The notes below the pieces were generated by a model. The model was not told the origin of the DNA. It made no database searches and worked only from the letters and a program-made list of their open reading frames with translations. A stretch of DNA of 64,000 nt from Folioceros fuciformis (lineage: Eukaryota), in assembly GCA_049999805.1 (NCBI GenBank), contig JBNGIO010006274.1:143818-207817 (forward strand). Reading direction: 5' to 3'. Positions 1-11,580 of the stretch are shown piece by piece (position 1 is the stretch's first letter; every line of letters starts with the position of its first letter). The position numbers and the translations under genes were made by a program.

Positions 1-157
1 TCACGGACTGCAGAAAATCCGGCAGCCGAGCCCTCCGCGTCCCGCCGCCGACACCGCCGCCATGGTGCCCATTTTCAATCCACGCATTCCCGTTCCCGTT
101 CACCACCTCCGCCGTCTCCCTCTCCTTGTCTTTCTCCTGCACCCGCTCCTCCTCCAT
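1..157 (-). CDS. KCS: 3-ketoacyl-CoA synthase (very-long-chain fatty acid elongase), 5' end; gene runs off the left edge
   Basis: Not in the ORF track. ATG at 157 reads MEEERVQEKDKERETAEVVNGNGNAWIENGHHGGGVGGGTRRARLPDFLQSV. The R-LPDFLQSV(N/K) motif is the N-terminal signature of plant KCS proteins, normally followed by LKYVKLGYHY. Confidence 0.8.
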   Translation of the reverse strand, partial: MEEERVQEKDKERETAEVVNGNGNAWIENGHHGGGVGGGTRRARLPDFLQSV

Positions 158-664
158 CTCCGATGCTCCTCTTCACAACCCCCACCTCCTTCCTCGAATC
201 CGCCCTGCTCTGCTCCACCTTTACCTTTCCTGCCCGGCTCTCAGCTCGGCTGAACTCAGCTCAGCTCAGCTCAGGGCTGGGAGCTCGGCTCCAGAAATGC
301 ACAGGCACTAACTCCCGCAGCGAGCACCGCTGAGCTGCAGGCAGTTGAGCCCGTCAACAAGCCGGCTGACTGGAGAGAGGTGGTGGGAGCCCTGGCCTCA
401 TCGACCTAGGTTTTCCTCACTGCCCAGTGCCAGCGCAGCAAGCCTGCCACGAACAGACTGCGATTCCCCTTCACTGCAGCACCTGCAGCATAGCCTGCCA
501 CGATTCCAGTCGCCCGGGCAGCCTCCATTCGTCGTCACATGCTCTCCCTGCCTTCCTTCCCATGATTCGCGCTCATAACACCCGTGGCGGGGTGGTATAA
601 CGCTCTCCTACTTTCCCCTCTACGTACGCCGCGCCGCACGGCAACCCCCCGGGCTGCGCCTGTT

Positions 665-3600
665 CTACATCCTACGTCCCCGGGCGCTGCTTCCGTTTTT
701 GCCTCTACGGCTCTGACTGCCGCCTCGAGCCGATCGTCGGCACTTCTTCTCGTCGAAGCCGTCGGCGTCAGGGACTCGGCTGCCACCACCATCGGACAGC
801 AACTCCGAATATTCCTCCGCGCTTGCGAACGGCGACCAAGAGCTGCTGCCCTCCCGTTGCCTTAGCCTTCGACCCTGGCCCCGCCCTTGCCGGGATTTCC
901 TCTTCCTCGTCGCCCCCTCAGCCGCGGCCATTTCACACTCATCCTCGCTGTCGGGCCCCAGCATCTCAGGGTCGCTATCAAGCGTGGGCTCTACAAGCTC
1001 GCCGTCCACTCCGAACCCTGATGCCGATTCCGATTCCTCATCGCTGTCGTTGCCGACTTTTGAATCGCGGCCGTCGTCGCGACTGAGGACTCCGTCCAGT
1101 TTATCGTAATCAAACTCGCCCCCGCTGCTGTTACTCTCATCGTCGTCGTCGTCATCAGCTGAGTCCATGCCACCAGCTCCCTCCTCCCGCTCCAGCAACG
1201 CCTCCACTTCCTCGTTGTCACTGTCATCTTCGTCGCCGACGTCGTCTTCGTCGTTCGTGATGCCAGTGATATCGTCGTCCTCCTCATCGTCCTGGTTCTG
1301 TTTCTTTCGAGATTTGCCCCTCGAGGAGGCCTTCGCCTGATAGAATTTATGGAACACCACATCTTCGGGTGCGACATCAGCCTCTGCCAGGGTCAAAAAC
1401 TGAGCTCCCACTGGAAGCGTTGACACAGCCTCCAACTGCGGCAGAGGGACGAAGCAAAGGGCACGCCAATTAATTCTTCGTTCCACACATTTCAACCTAC
1501 TCCGGTGGACAGCTGTTTTTGGTGAAATCGTTGCGCGGAGTCAAAGACGACGGTCATGCGGGGGGAAGAACACTCACCGTCTGTGATGATTTGGAAGTGG
1601 ACAATCCATGCCATGTGCCTCCCTCCTTGCCTTTCCGGGCCTTCGGCTTCTTCTCTGCAAATCTATCCAGAAACACCCCGAGAGCAAAATCTTGCAACGG
1701 GTCGCCTGAGTAGAGCACGTTTGAGCCAGAGAGCAAAGTTCGGGCCATAGCTGCCACTGATGGATGCACATGAACGCTCAAGGATGTAAGCTCCCACCAA
1801 CACGTCTGATCTGCGTTACTGCGAACAGCAAAAAAGACATGACGCCAAATGCTCCAGATGTACGCCGAGCTAACAGTCGTTGCGACACTTCATGAGGCCA
1901 TAAGATGGGGTCGCGAAGATCCACATACCAGTAAGAAGGCTCCCGAAGCAGAGGATTGTAAGCCAGCGTCTCTACTCGAACCTTTCCTTTCCCATCGACG
2001 GGGCCCGCAGAAGAAGGTCGAACCTGACTGCTGCGTGAACCATCTACCACCCTGGGCGTGGCTTGACCACCACTTCTCTTGCTCCCTGAGGATGACCGTT
2101 TCTTGAGGTGTTCCAATGAGTCATCCGAACTAGCGTCGTCTTCTTCGGAATAATCAAAATCTGCACGCTCCGTATTCTCTGCTTCAGAGCCAGATCGCTC
2201 ACCCTCGTGGCCACCACGCGAGGCTGCATCATCGCCTTCACTTGACTTGCTGCTTGACTGATCACCACGTTGCATGTCTTCAGTTGCAGCTGCACCACCC
2301 TCGTTATCATCCAGAAGATCAACAAAGTGCTCGTCCTCCTCGTCGTTACTCTCCTGTTGAAGTATTGCATGCCTGGAGACATCGCCCGGTCATATCAGCC
2401 AGATATAATTCAAGCAGAATAATACGCCTGCAAGACTTCCCCCAAATACCAGAACAAGGGCATGGACGCTTACCATAGACTAGGTCGTCCTTTAAGAACT
2501 TCAGAAACAATCAACAGAGACCCACAAGCATATTGAGGGGGCTGCTGCAACGAGACCTGCAAAACCCATCTTCACAATCTACCTGAACGCTTTTTGGTCA
2601 ACATGCTGCCGAACATGGGTGGGCTCAGGGAACTGACCTGAAGCAAACGTTTCACAAATGCAGCAACCCGCTTTGAATTGATATCAGACTTGATCGCCTT
2701 AAACATGAGACCTATGAACATCTCCACCTGCATGACTCAAAGCTTATCCTCTGGAGAAGGAACCATCTTGTGCATCGCAAAATTACGTCTGCACTCTTGA
2801 ATCGACCCTCACAGACATCCATTCCACAAGCGAATGAGTGAGGCATGTCAGCTGACCTTTGAGGACTTAAAAAGCCCAGGCATTAGAAGAACAGCATAGA
2901 GCGCACGGTAGAAGCGGTCACTCATTGCCAAATTCTTGGACAACAGCTGGTAAATTAGTATAAGGGCTTGTACCCCAATATTCAAATTCTCGGAGTGCAC
3001 CTATTCAATGAACAACCCACGTTTTGCAATCATCGTTGTAGCAATATGAATAAAAACCTTTGTGTCAACCAATTAGCATTAAAAATTACCAGACGGAAAA
3101 GAAGAGGAGTATGAGATTCCACAACCCCATCCACCTCACCGGCGGCAACAAATGGGAAAGCCCTATTGATACCCTGCAAATCGATACCAAACACATCATC
3201 GAATACCCTAACTTCCAGGGCTCTTCATAAGGCAGCACACACAGAAGAACTACATGTAGATAAATGCACTAAATAAGACACGCAATGAAGGAAGTCCCGT
3301 GCATCTCTGCTGGCATACAGCCCCCAAACACGAAGCCCTGCCTACCGTTAGCAAGGCTGAAAGAAGACGAGAATCCACTTCCGTTGGGCCATCCATACCA
3401 GAACCTCCATTCATCTTGTCCTTCTTGTTCTGCTTCCCTTTCATATTACCCTTCTGCTTGGTTGTGGATGCAGCTTGTGTTTGCTCCGTCGTAAGTGTCT
3501 GGTATCGAAAACAAAACATCAGCCAAAGTTGGAAAAGTGCTTTCCTGCAAATTCAAGATCTCTCAAGGTTACCTTGAACATGGCAAAGTACAAATCAACT

Positions 3601-5930
3601 AGACGTCTAGCAAGCTTTGGTCCGTCTCCTCTATTACCAAGGATGATTTGATTCAAGAAAATTACCTGCAAGCAAAGCTGACAAACTTGGACAGAAGCCC
3701 AAACACAATACACGTGATGCACGAAGAATTATCAGCTCAGTTAACCAATCCAAGGACAGGGGTCATTGAGCATGTTGGCAGCGAGATGCAGCTGCCACTT
3801 GGCTAATCCGTGGTGCTATCCTATAGAGTGGTTGACATGTGGAAACATATGTTCAGAGCAGTACCGCATAGTATCTTGCTCGCAGACCCACATGTGGTCG
3901 GAACACAAAGGTGTCCACCTCGTCAATGACAACACCCTGCACATAAAGATCAAAGAAACTCGTCAGAAATTATGTGAAAGCCACTACAATATCATAGTCG
4001 GAGAGAAGGATCACAAGCTCTGTGGCTCACGACAGCAGTACTCTCATCTAATGAACAGGATAGGCATGGAACATCTCGTACCTTCATGTTTGGGTGTCCA
4101 GAAAGAAGACAAGAGAGCATGTAGCTGGCGTTAGAGGCTGTCTTCCTTTCTGGATCTCCAAGCTGGTTCAGGAAAATAGACAACCCCATGACAAAGTTTC
4201 TTGTGGAACTGTAAGCCAAAACTGACATTCCAGCACAGCAAGGCACTTATAAGTCGTTTCGTCCAGCACACCACTAGGTATGCCATTACCTTGTTCACTA
4301 AGGTTGACAGCAATCTCCGTTCTTGCTCAGGCTTTCCCTTTAAAAGATCGTACACAGTCTGCAACATATCAGCAAACGATGACATTAATGTAGGCGTCTC
4401 GCAAACAGACATTCACTTGTCTTCAGTAAAGATAAACAGACTACCAGTTTCTATTATAGGCACTCACCTTAACCGCTTTCTCCTTCAGTATGGGCAGAGT
4501 ATCCTTGGCAGCTTCCTCCAGAGTACTAACAAACTTGTCATACCTACGCTCATGCCACCACCAGAGTGCAGACAAGAAGCCAGCTATGAGGCAGAAGACA
4601 GGCTGACAAAGAAACGGAAAACGTGACTGCTAAGGCAACCAGGACCCATAATAAAGGCCATGTGAGAGGTATGCATAAAGACCAACCTCCGCTTCAGAGA
4701 GTCTTCCCAGCACCAATAAAGTAGCAAATCCTTCCCCTCCTTGGTTGCTGGCAAGGATGGAAGCGGCTGTTGTGACAAGTATTTCAGCTTCCGCTCTGGC
4801 AGCAAACTGCAAGAGAACCACTGTAAGAACAAAGCTGCAAGCACCACAATACTTCAAGGTTTAGGACAGCTGAAATTCCCTGGGCAAGGATTACGTACTT
4901 AGTAAGGAAGAGCTCCTTCAAAGCAAGAATGCCTGTGACAGCGTGTCGTTTACCGCCTTTCGAAGTCACCATCCCTGTAACACACGTCACCGCCTCTCAT
5001 TACAAGATTTATGCACAGAAAAAGATTGAATGTGGCAGCAATAAGCCTCTGCAACGCACCTAGCAATGCGTCCAGACTTCGCAGATTCGCTATAGGATTA
5101 TCCTGCAGCAGAACAGTCATGGCAGCGACCTTGTCAGCTGATGTTCCGAACTTGCTTGCCTTGGTCACCCAACGTCTGTCACTATCCTTCTCCTGGGACC
5201 TGGCATGATCAGAGGCTGCCTTCTCCAGCAGCTTATCCCCCTCCAACTTTTTTTCATGCACCAACTTTTCCCACTCGCTCTGGTCTCCACTTTGAGCCGG
5301 ATGACTTGAACCAGCAGTCCAGACAATCCGGTCAGCTGCAGCGGCCGCAGCTTCGTACCAGAGGAACGAGGAAAATTGGCGAACCCTGGATACGCTCTTG
5401 TCGGTGTCGGTTGTCTTGCCCCTTTTCACCCCTCCCTCGGCCTCTACGAAAGGAGATGCCCGTTTCCGGTCCTGGCGACTACTACCCTGCTGCTCGTCAG
5501 GGTCTGCATCGGATTTGGCCTTGTTGCTCCGAGCTTTTGTCTGGACGGTTCCCTGTTGCTGTTGTCTTCCAGCATGGGATTTGCCTCTGTTTCCGGGAGC
5601 TTGAGTCTCGACGGATCTCTGCTGCCTTTGCCCCTTGACAACATGGGGTTTCCCCTTATTCCCCCCAGCTTGAGTGTGGACGGCATCCAGCCCAGCGGAA
5701 TCATCGGCTGGCAGCTCCTTGGCGCCCTTCTCCTTCTGCTTTTTCTTGAGCTTGGGAGCGATGGGCCCGGACTTCCGAAAGTCGGAATCGTCGAAGCCGT
5801 CAAAGCCAGCTCCAGGAATGAGCCCCAAGCTGGCTGCAAAAGATGCGACCTCAGCCTGCAAATTTTCGTCATTCACCGCCTTCTTCTTGGTAGCAGAGGC
5901 CCGAGCAGGTTCACTCGTTTGGGCCGCCAT
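665..5930 (-). CDS. NOC1: CBF/Mak21-family ribosome biogenesis factor (NOC1/MAK21/CEBPZ; SWA2-like), multi-exon
   Basis: Exons encode LQAEVASFAASLGL, GTSADKVAAMTVLLQDNP, KPEQERRLLSTLVNK|LGDPERKTASNASYMLSCLL, IFLNQIIL, DSRLLSALLT, HPSVAAMARTLL...YSGDPLQDFALGVFLDRF, PEDVVFHKFY and an acidic tail with SPFASAEEY. ATG at 5930, TAG at 665-667. Confidence 0.93.
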
Positions 5931-5997
5931 AGCCCGTTCCACGGCTGCACGAAGCACTCAACAGCCTGGGTTTAAGCCAACCTGCTCCGGCGCGGGA

Positions 5998-6008
5998 ATT
6001 AGGGTTTA
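5998..6008. promoter_or_regulatory. telo-box (TTAGGGTTT) in the divergent promoter of NOC1 and the Lsm10-like gene
   Basis: attagggttta lies in the 144 bp between two divergent ATGs (5930 and 6075). Telo-boxes are typical of plant ribosome-biogenesis and translation gene promoters. Confidence 0.55.
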
Positions 6009-6074
6009 AGCCTTTCCTTCCTTCCGGAAAAGGTCAAATAGGAGTACATACATACGTCCCAGTGTGATCCGACC

Positions 6075-6784
6075 ATGGAGGAGGTAGGTCCAGTTTTGGG
6101 CAATACGGAGGCGGTTGGCGTGGTCGGGACCGTGACTGGAGCTCGGAAAACCTCAGTTTGGAAGCCCAAGATCCGGTTGAGGCGATCTGAGAAGGGGTTA
6201 GTGTGTTTGATCCAAGCTTTGATGGGGACGCAAGTCATTGTGGAGCTGCGGAAGGACGTGACAATCTCCGGAATTTTGGAAGAATGTGATGACTCCATGA
6301 AGTATCGTACTTCTGCTGCCCTATATTGTGGGTCCGTTTTCTAAGTGTACCATTTGTATCAATCACGCCGTTCGATGTCTGCAGTCTCCTGATCAAGGAT
6401 GCCATCACGGAAGATGTGGAGGTAGGTTTCTTGCTTGGACGCTCCTCCACCGTATCGTGCCACGCTCCCATTACCACAATTGAGCAGGTGGCGTCTGTCA
6501 GGGCGTCCAAAGTTTGCTTCCGATGGTTTTCTTGAGGGGAAGCAACGTTCGGTTTGTGCACATCCCAAAGGAAGTGGCTGTATCGGAGGCCATAGAAGCG
6601 AGGGTGAGTCCATTTCCCGGAGTAGCACTGTCTCAGTGGGGGTGCGGTGGTGGATGACGCGTATTCGCTGTTGCAGCGGTTGATGCTCGATAAAGCAGCA
6701 CATGCTTACATTGGAGGCCGTGGACAAGCGGACGCGAGTGCAGCCGGGTCGTCCAGCACCGGGAAAGGTTTCCAAAACGACTAG
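6075..6784 (+). CDS. LSM10: Sm-like protein most similar to U7 snRNP-specific Lsm10; 4 exons (6075-6301, 6385-6421, 6502-6603, 6677-6784)
   Basis: Spliced product with all introns GT-AG: ...RRSEKGLVCLIQALMGTQVIVELRKDVTISGILEECDDSMN|LLIKDAITEDVE|GVQSLLPMVFLRGSNVRFVHIPKEVAVSEAIEAR|RLMLDK...FQND*. It has Sm1 and Sm2 motifs. The pre-Sm1 helix and the NVR[FY]VHIP ending fit Lsm10 better than SmD1 or Lsm2. Confidence 0.7.
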
Positions 6785-6848
6785 AGATCCAATCCCTTTC
6801 TTGCTACCCAGTCAGGTACACTGCATATTTCCCAGACCTAGCCCGCTC

Positions 6849-9566
6849 TCATGAAAGGAATGCAAGTCCAGTTACGGCCAACACTAGTCCCACAGCCTGT
6901 GCCAGGAGTTGAGAGGCGTACGTTGCTGCAGCATTGTTGCCTGAATCGCCAAAAGGAAAATGTCATGGCTCAGGTGCAATCGCACGCAAGCACCTGAGTT
7001 ATTAATGGTGCAGGTGGCAAACGGGATTACCTGGCATACACACACAGCTGCTGGAAGCGAGTGGACTCTGGTCATAGGGACAAGGTGCACACGAACCTGA
7101 CACAGCAATGCTAGGGCTTAGAAATAGGGAATATCTATAGAGAAGTAGAGAAATAGGGAAATAAGTGAACCAGCTGCAAAGGCTGGGTAGGAGATTACCG
7201 CCTTTCGTCAAACTCAAAAAGGTCTGACAGTTCAGTTCTCGTTTGCATTTTCGTGGTGAGTCGTCCGTCGCCGCAGTGATGTTGTCGAAGCAGTTCTCCT
7301 TGTACGATCTTTGGTGGAAGCAAGCAAGAGCTTGAAAATGGGAAGTAAACCAGCAATTCAGCACGCAGGCGAGGAGGATTATAGGGGCTTACAGCGTGTT
7401 GCCCCCTTGGTTGGTTTTAAAGGTTGGATAAGGGCCAGTAAGGAAGTTACACCCGAGCTTCCTGCAGTTGTGTTAACTCCTTCGTCAAGACACCTGCGAT
7501 TGCAATCACGCAACTGCCAGCGCAAAAGCCAACTTACATCCTCTGGTATTTCTGAAGATCGAACTGGGGGAACGGGCCTTGAAACTCATTGTTGTACAAT
7601 TCTCTGTAAACAGGGCCAGTCCCGGAAAGGAGTTAGGTCCTGTTGCTTCAACTGATTCAGAACTTAGGCCGTCCAAGTGCATCCTCACATTCGGACAAGG
7701 CTCGGAATGTTGAATAGCCAAGCAGGCAAATTCCCAGAGAGGGAGTTCGAGAACATTTGCCTGTTAACGTTTGCCCCGTGGAGAAAGGGTTAGGACAGCG
7801 CCTGTAGATCTGCGGCAGTGAGTTTGGAATGAAAGGCAAGGAAATCATAACTTACAGAACAGTCAAACTTTGAAGGGACTGCCACGAGTCTGGGATAGGT
7901 CCTGTCAACCCGTTCCCCTGTAAGGCACTGCACAGCCAGAGAAGCGCTCATGAGTCTGAGACCAGGCTCATACGTACAAACAAGGAAACAACCCCATCAA
8001 TGATGAGTCCATGCATGTGGTGGTTGAAGCCTTACAGCTCCTGCAGGTTCACAAGACGTCCGAAGCTGCGGGGAAGGCCACCGTAGAGATAACAGGTGTG
8101 CAGGTTCCTGGTATCGTTGGTACCAAAGCAGTGAAACATTGCCCGCACTGAACCGAATGGAATCGAATGGGATGGGATGGACATAAACTTTGAAAGATAC
8201 ACAGAAGCTTACAAGTAGGTCAGCCTGGTCAGGTTTCCTATGTCAGGAGGAATTTGGGACCTGAAGGAGTTACCCCACATCGTCCTGAATGAGACACGCT
8301 TGCGGAGCCACGTGTCAGAGACGAGTTCCAAGAGTTCCAGACGCCGAAAGACACACTGTGCACACAAGATCAGGGGAGTGTGTAATTCACAGTTCCATCA
8401 GATTGGACAGCGTCATAAGTTCGGGCGGGATGGGGCCCGTTAGTGAGTTGTTGCCCAAGTACCTGCCGCAAGGTGACAGAGCATTGAGGGTTGTAGCAAC
8501 CTGGAATAGCTCGCAGTACGCTAGTGAAGAGAAAATTTGCACCCACCCACCCGCACACTCACTCACAGTATCTCAAGATTTCGAAGTTGGCCAATTCCTG
8601 AGGGAATCTGTCCTACCAAGTTGGCATTATCCAGCTTCCTACCATCCATTCACAGAACTGGTCAAGCGAGAGCCAGAGGCAGAGGCTGGGTACTTGTCCA
8701 TATGCAGGTATCATGAGCTGCAACTCACAAGTTCACGAGGCTAGTCAGGCCCAGCAGCAAGTCCGGAAATGTAGTACCCAGAGGGTTGAAAGTGAGGTAC
8801 CTGGTGACAGAGCCAAGCCATGCACGTCAGGAAGATACCTATCAAGACGCGCATACGCACACCCACCGTAGCCTCCACACGCATGGACGGGCGCGTGGGC
8901 GCGGGCCCGGACTAAAGCCCAAGCCCAAATAGCACTGACAGGGTCTGAAGGCTGGTGAGAGTGGCCAGCTCCTGGGGCCAGGGGGGCGTGATAGCATTCC
9001 AGCCCAGGTAGCCAGTCATGGAGATATCAATGTGGTTGCTCAGGTCCAGCACAAGCAGGGAGGGCAGCTGGGCAATCTGCGGAGGTATCGGGCCCACCAA
9101 ACCACGGTTGGTGAGGTTCCTGCAACCCACAGGCACAGCATCAGGGAGCGGTTCCAGCCTGCAACTGCAAATTGGGGAGGCTATGACAAGCGGGATGCTG
9201 CTCGTGACTGAAGTACAGGGAGGTGACGTAGAGCTTGCTGGAGTCACAAGCTACCCCTTCCCAGCCGTCCTCGGCGCACGGGTCTCCCCCAGCAGTCCAG
9301 GAAGGAAATTCCACCAGCCAGTGATTCATCATAGCGTACAGCGCATCTCCTGCTCCCAAGAGCAAGCACAGGTTTCAACATTCAAGCCTTCAACAACGTG
9401 CCGTTGAACCAGGCCAGCCAACTTTGGTTGCCTTCCTTTCACCTTGAGGAGTTGCATCGACTCGGCCTGCCAGGAGGAGGAGGAGAGTGCCGGAGGCCAG
9501 CAGCAGGCACCTCCTGAGCCGATCCGTCTGCACCCAGCTGCCCGAATTCCCGCGACCAGAAGCCAT
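6849..9566 (-). CDS. Extracellular LRR protein (signal peptide, LRRNT, plant LRRs, Cys-rich region, hydrophobic C-terminus; no kinase)
   Basis: Signal RRCLLLASGTLLLLLAGRVDA; LRRNT FPSWTAGGDPCAEDGWEGVAC; LRR exons such as NRGLVGPIPPQIAQLPSLLVLDLS, LGNNSLTGPIPPELMTLSNL, WGNSFRSQIPPDIGNLTRL and LQGNGLTGPIPDSWQSL. The last exon is GNNAAATYASQLLAQAVGLVLAVTGLAFLS* (TGA at 6849-6851). Confidence 0.8.
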
Positions 9567-10184
9567 CGAATCTGCATCCGCACTCACTCAACCTCCGCAC
9601 CACAGCTCGACAATGCAGGGAGCCTCACTTCGACTCATGGATCGATGCCCGCAGGACCCACACTTTGACTCAGCAAATGGTCTCCGAACACAACTTGCTC
9701 TCGCCGCGTTTCCCGGTCTGCAAGTCCTCGGTTCCATTTACTCGGATAAAGAAGCAACTCCCTCGTCTCTATCCTTGGACCCAAGTCTTTCTAACAATCG
9801 ACTTTTTTCTGGGGGACGGGGTGTATGGCATACCACAGCGGACATAGGGGAGGTGTCAGAATTTTAGTATTATCTCCCTGGGTATCTCCTAGCATATACC
9901 TGAGTTCGTCACTGTAGAGAGCTGTCCGCTGCGGGGCCTTCCCCGAAGAGATCAGTGCACCCACAGCGGCCATGCTTTCAGAATCGTGCGCGAGTTTCAT
10001 TTAAGAGAAGATAAAAGGGTTCGAGAACAGCGTGTTTGGCACACTTCACGGTTTCTTCTCCATGGTCTCAGCCCCTCGCACGGCATGCTCTCATTTCCTC
10101 TGAATTAGACCCAGAGCCATCCCTTTCGACATCCATTCAAAAGCCTCAACTTGCCGCAAGGCTGAATTCTGCAAGCAGAATCTA

Positions 10185-10310
10185 GCTTGCTCTGGCTCTT
10201 CATCTGATCTCCACCCCCGTCCTCACCTCTCCCTCGCGGCTTGCTCTGGCTCTTCATCTGATTTCCACCCGCGTCCTCACCTCTCTCTCGCGGCGTGCTT
10301 TGGCCCTTCA
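10185..10310. repeat. 54-bp tandem repeat, about 2.3 copies
   Basis: The unit gcttgctctggctcttcatctgat(c/t)tccaccc(c/g)cgtcctcacctct... starts at 10185 and 10239, with a partial copy at 10293. Confidence 0.85.
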
Positions 10311-10547
10311 ACAAAAATTCCCCCTATCCTCATCCCTCCCCCGTTAAGTCACGAATGATGTGAAAGGAACAGTCGGGTGAAAGGGAGGCGTCAAGGTTTC
10401 AGAGCCTTTTCTTTTTCTTGGACAACGGACGATGTCCGTTGTGGGATTTTCCTTTGAACAACTTTCTATTCATCTTATGCGCAACAGCGGCCATTAGTCG
10501 TGTGTTAAGACACGTTTGTGTCTCATATTCCCTTGCGTTGGTTGCAG

Positions 10548-11215
10548 ATTCCACCTTGGGAGGCAACCCCTCATCATGCTTGCCGATCCGGAGCTTTGCA
10601 GAATGTTGGCTGTCAAGACTGCTAAGCTAGCTCCCAACTAATCGACACCTCCTTACATTACTTGCAACCCCGTTCTGCAAAAGGGTCTATTCTTCACCAG
10701 CTGTTTTTGTTTGTGAATCTCCTCATCCGCTCTCAGCATCGGTTTGAAAAATCAAGGGGCAGGCCAGCCAGCTCAAAAACAGCCTTCTGTCGCTCATGTC
10801 AGGGATGACCGATGGCGTGCCGAACGCAACATATTCCTGCCTCTGTTCCACAAATCAAGTATCGTGAACCACCTGCCAGTGATGACAGAGCGCGCCGACA
10901 AGCTGTGCACCGTCTTAGATCACTTGGTGGAGTAGAACGCCGAGAAAGCAGAGTTTAGGGTGTCCAAGCTGCTGCTCAGGGCGACAGTGGACGTGGTAGG
11001 TGCAAAGGCCCTCGGCACCAACTTCGGGCAGCTTGACTCGACCAAGATCAAAGTGGTTTATGATAAAAGCGAAGCAAACGAAGATCAGGACCTCATCAAC
11101 AACATAGTGACAGCTATCTTCATTCAGCATAGTCTTGGGGATCATGATGCCCATCCTACAACATCTATTGGCATTCTTTCTCGAGAGGATTCCAGGCACC
11201 TTTGACTACACCCAG
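10548..11215 (+). pseudogene. MAX1: CYP711A/MAX1-like cytochrome P450 pseudogene fragment (two internal exons)
   Basis: Exon 10548-10700 reads (R)FHLGRQPLIMLADPELCRMLAVKTAKLAPN*STPPYITCNPVLQKGLFFT. Exon 10803-11215 reads RDDRWRAERNIFLPLF...LLLRATVDVVGAKALGTNFG...(frameshift)SIVLGIMMPILQHLLAFFLERIPGTFDY. These match CYP711A motifs. Stops at 10639 and 10933, donor at 10701 is CT rather than GT, and no heme-binding exon is seen. Confidence 0.82.
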
Positions 11216-11580
11216 GTACTACAGAGCGACGCATACACAAGCTCCCAAACATATCATCCGATGAGATTCTGTGCCCCCAAATCTGTTGTCTACACTTGCA
11301 CTGCTTGGTCGTGGCCAGAAAAAGTTGAATGCAACCATTGGCAAGCTCTCAGACGACACAGATGAGACAAAAGGGTGAGGAAACGAGACTTCGTTGCTTG
11401 AGCCCACTTGCGCCTCTACCAAATCCAGCATTCGTGCAACATTTAGGATTGGAAATCCAATTTGCGGCACATGTCTAGAGCTCGCACTCACAGACTTGCA
11501 GGTGAAATTAAGAAAGGTTCACTGAACCTGCAGGAGATCACCATCACTGCAACACCAACGAGAGAACCTCTAACCTGCCT

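Noticed and set aside
1-63. 20-codon minus-strand ORF (MAAVSAAG...SP*) as a uORF
   Set aside because: It is an out-of-frame reading inside the KCS coding sequence.
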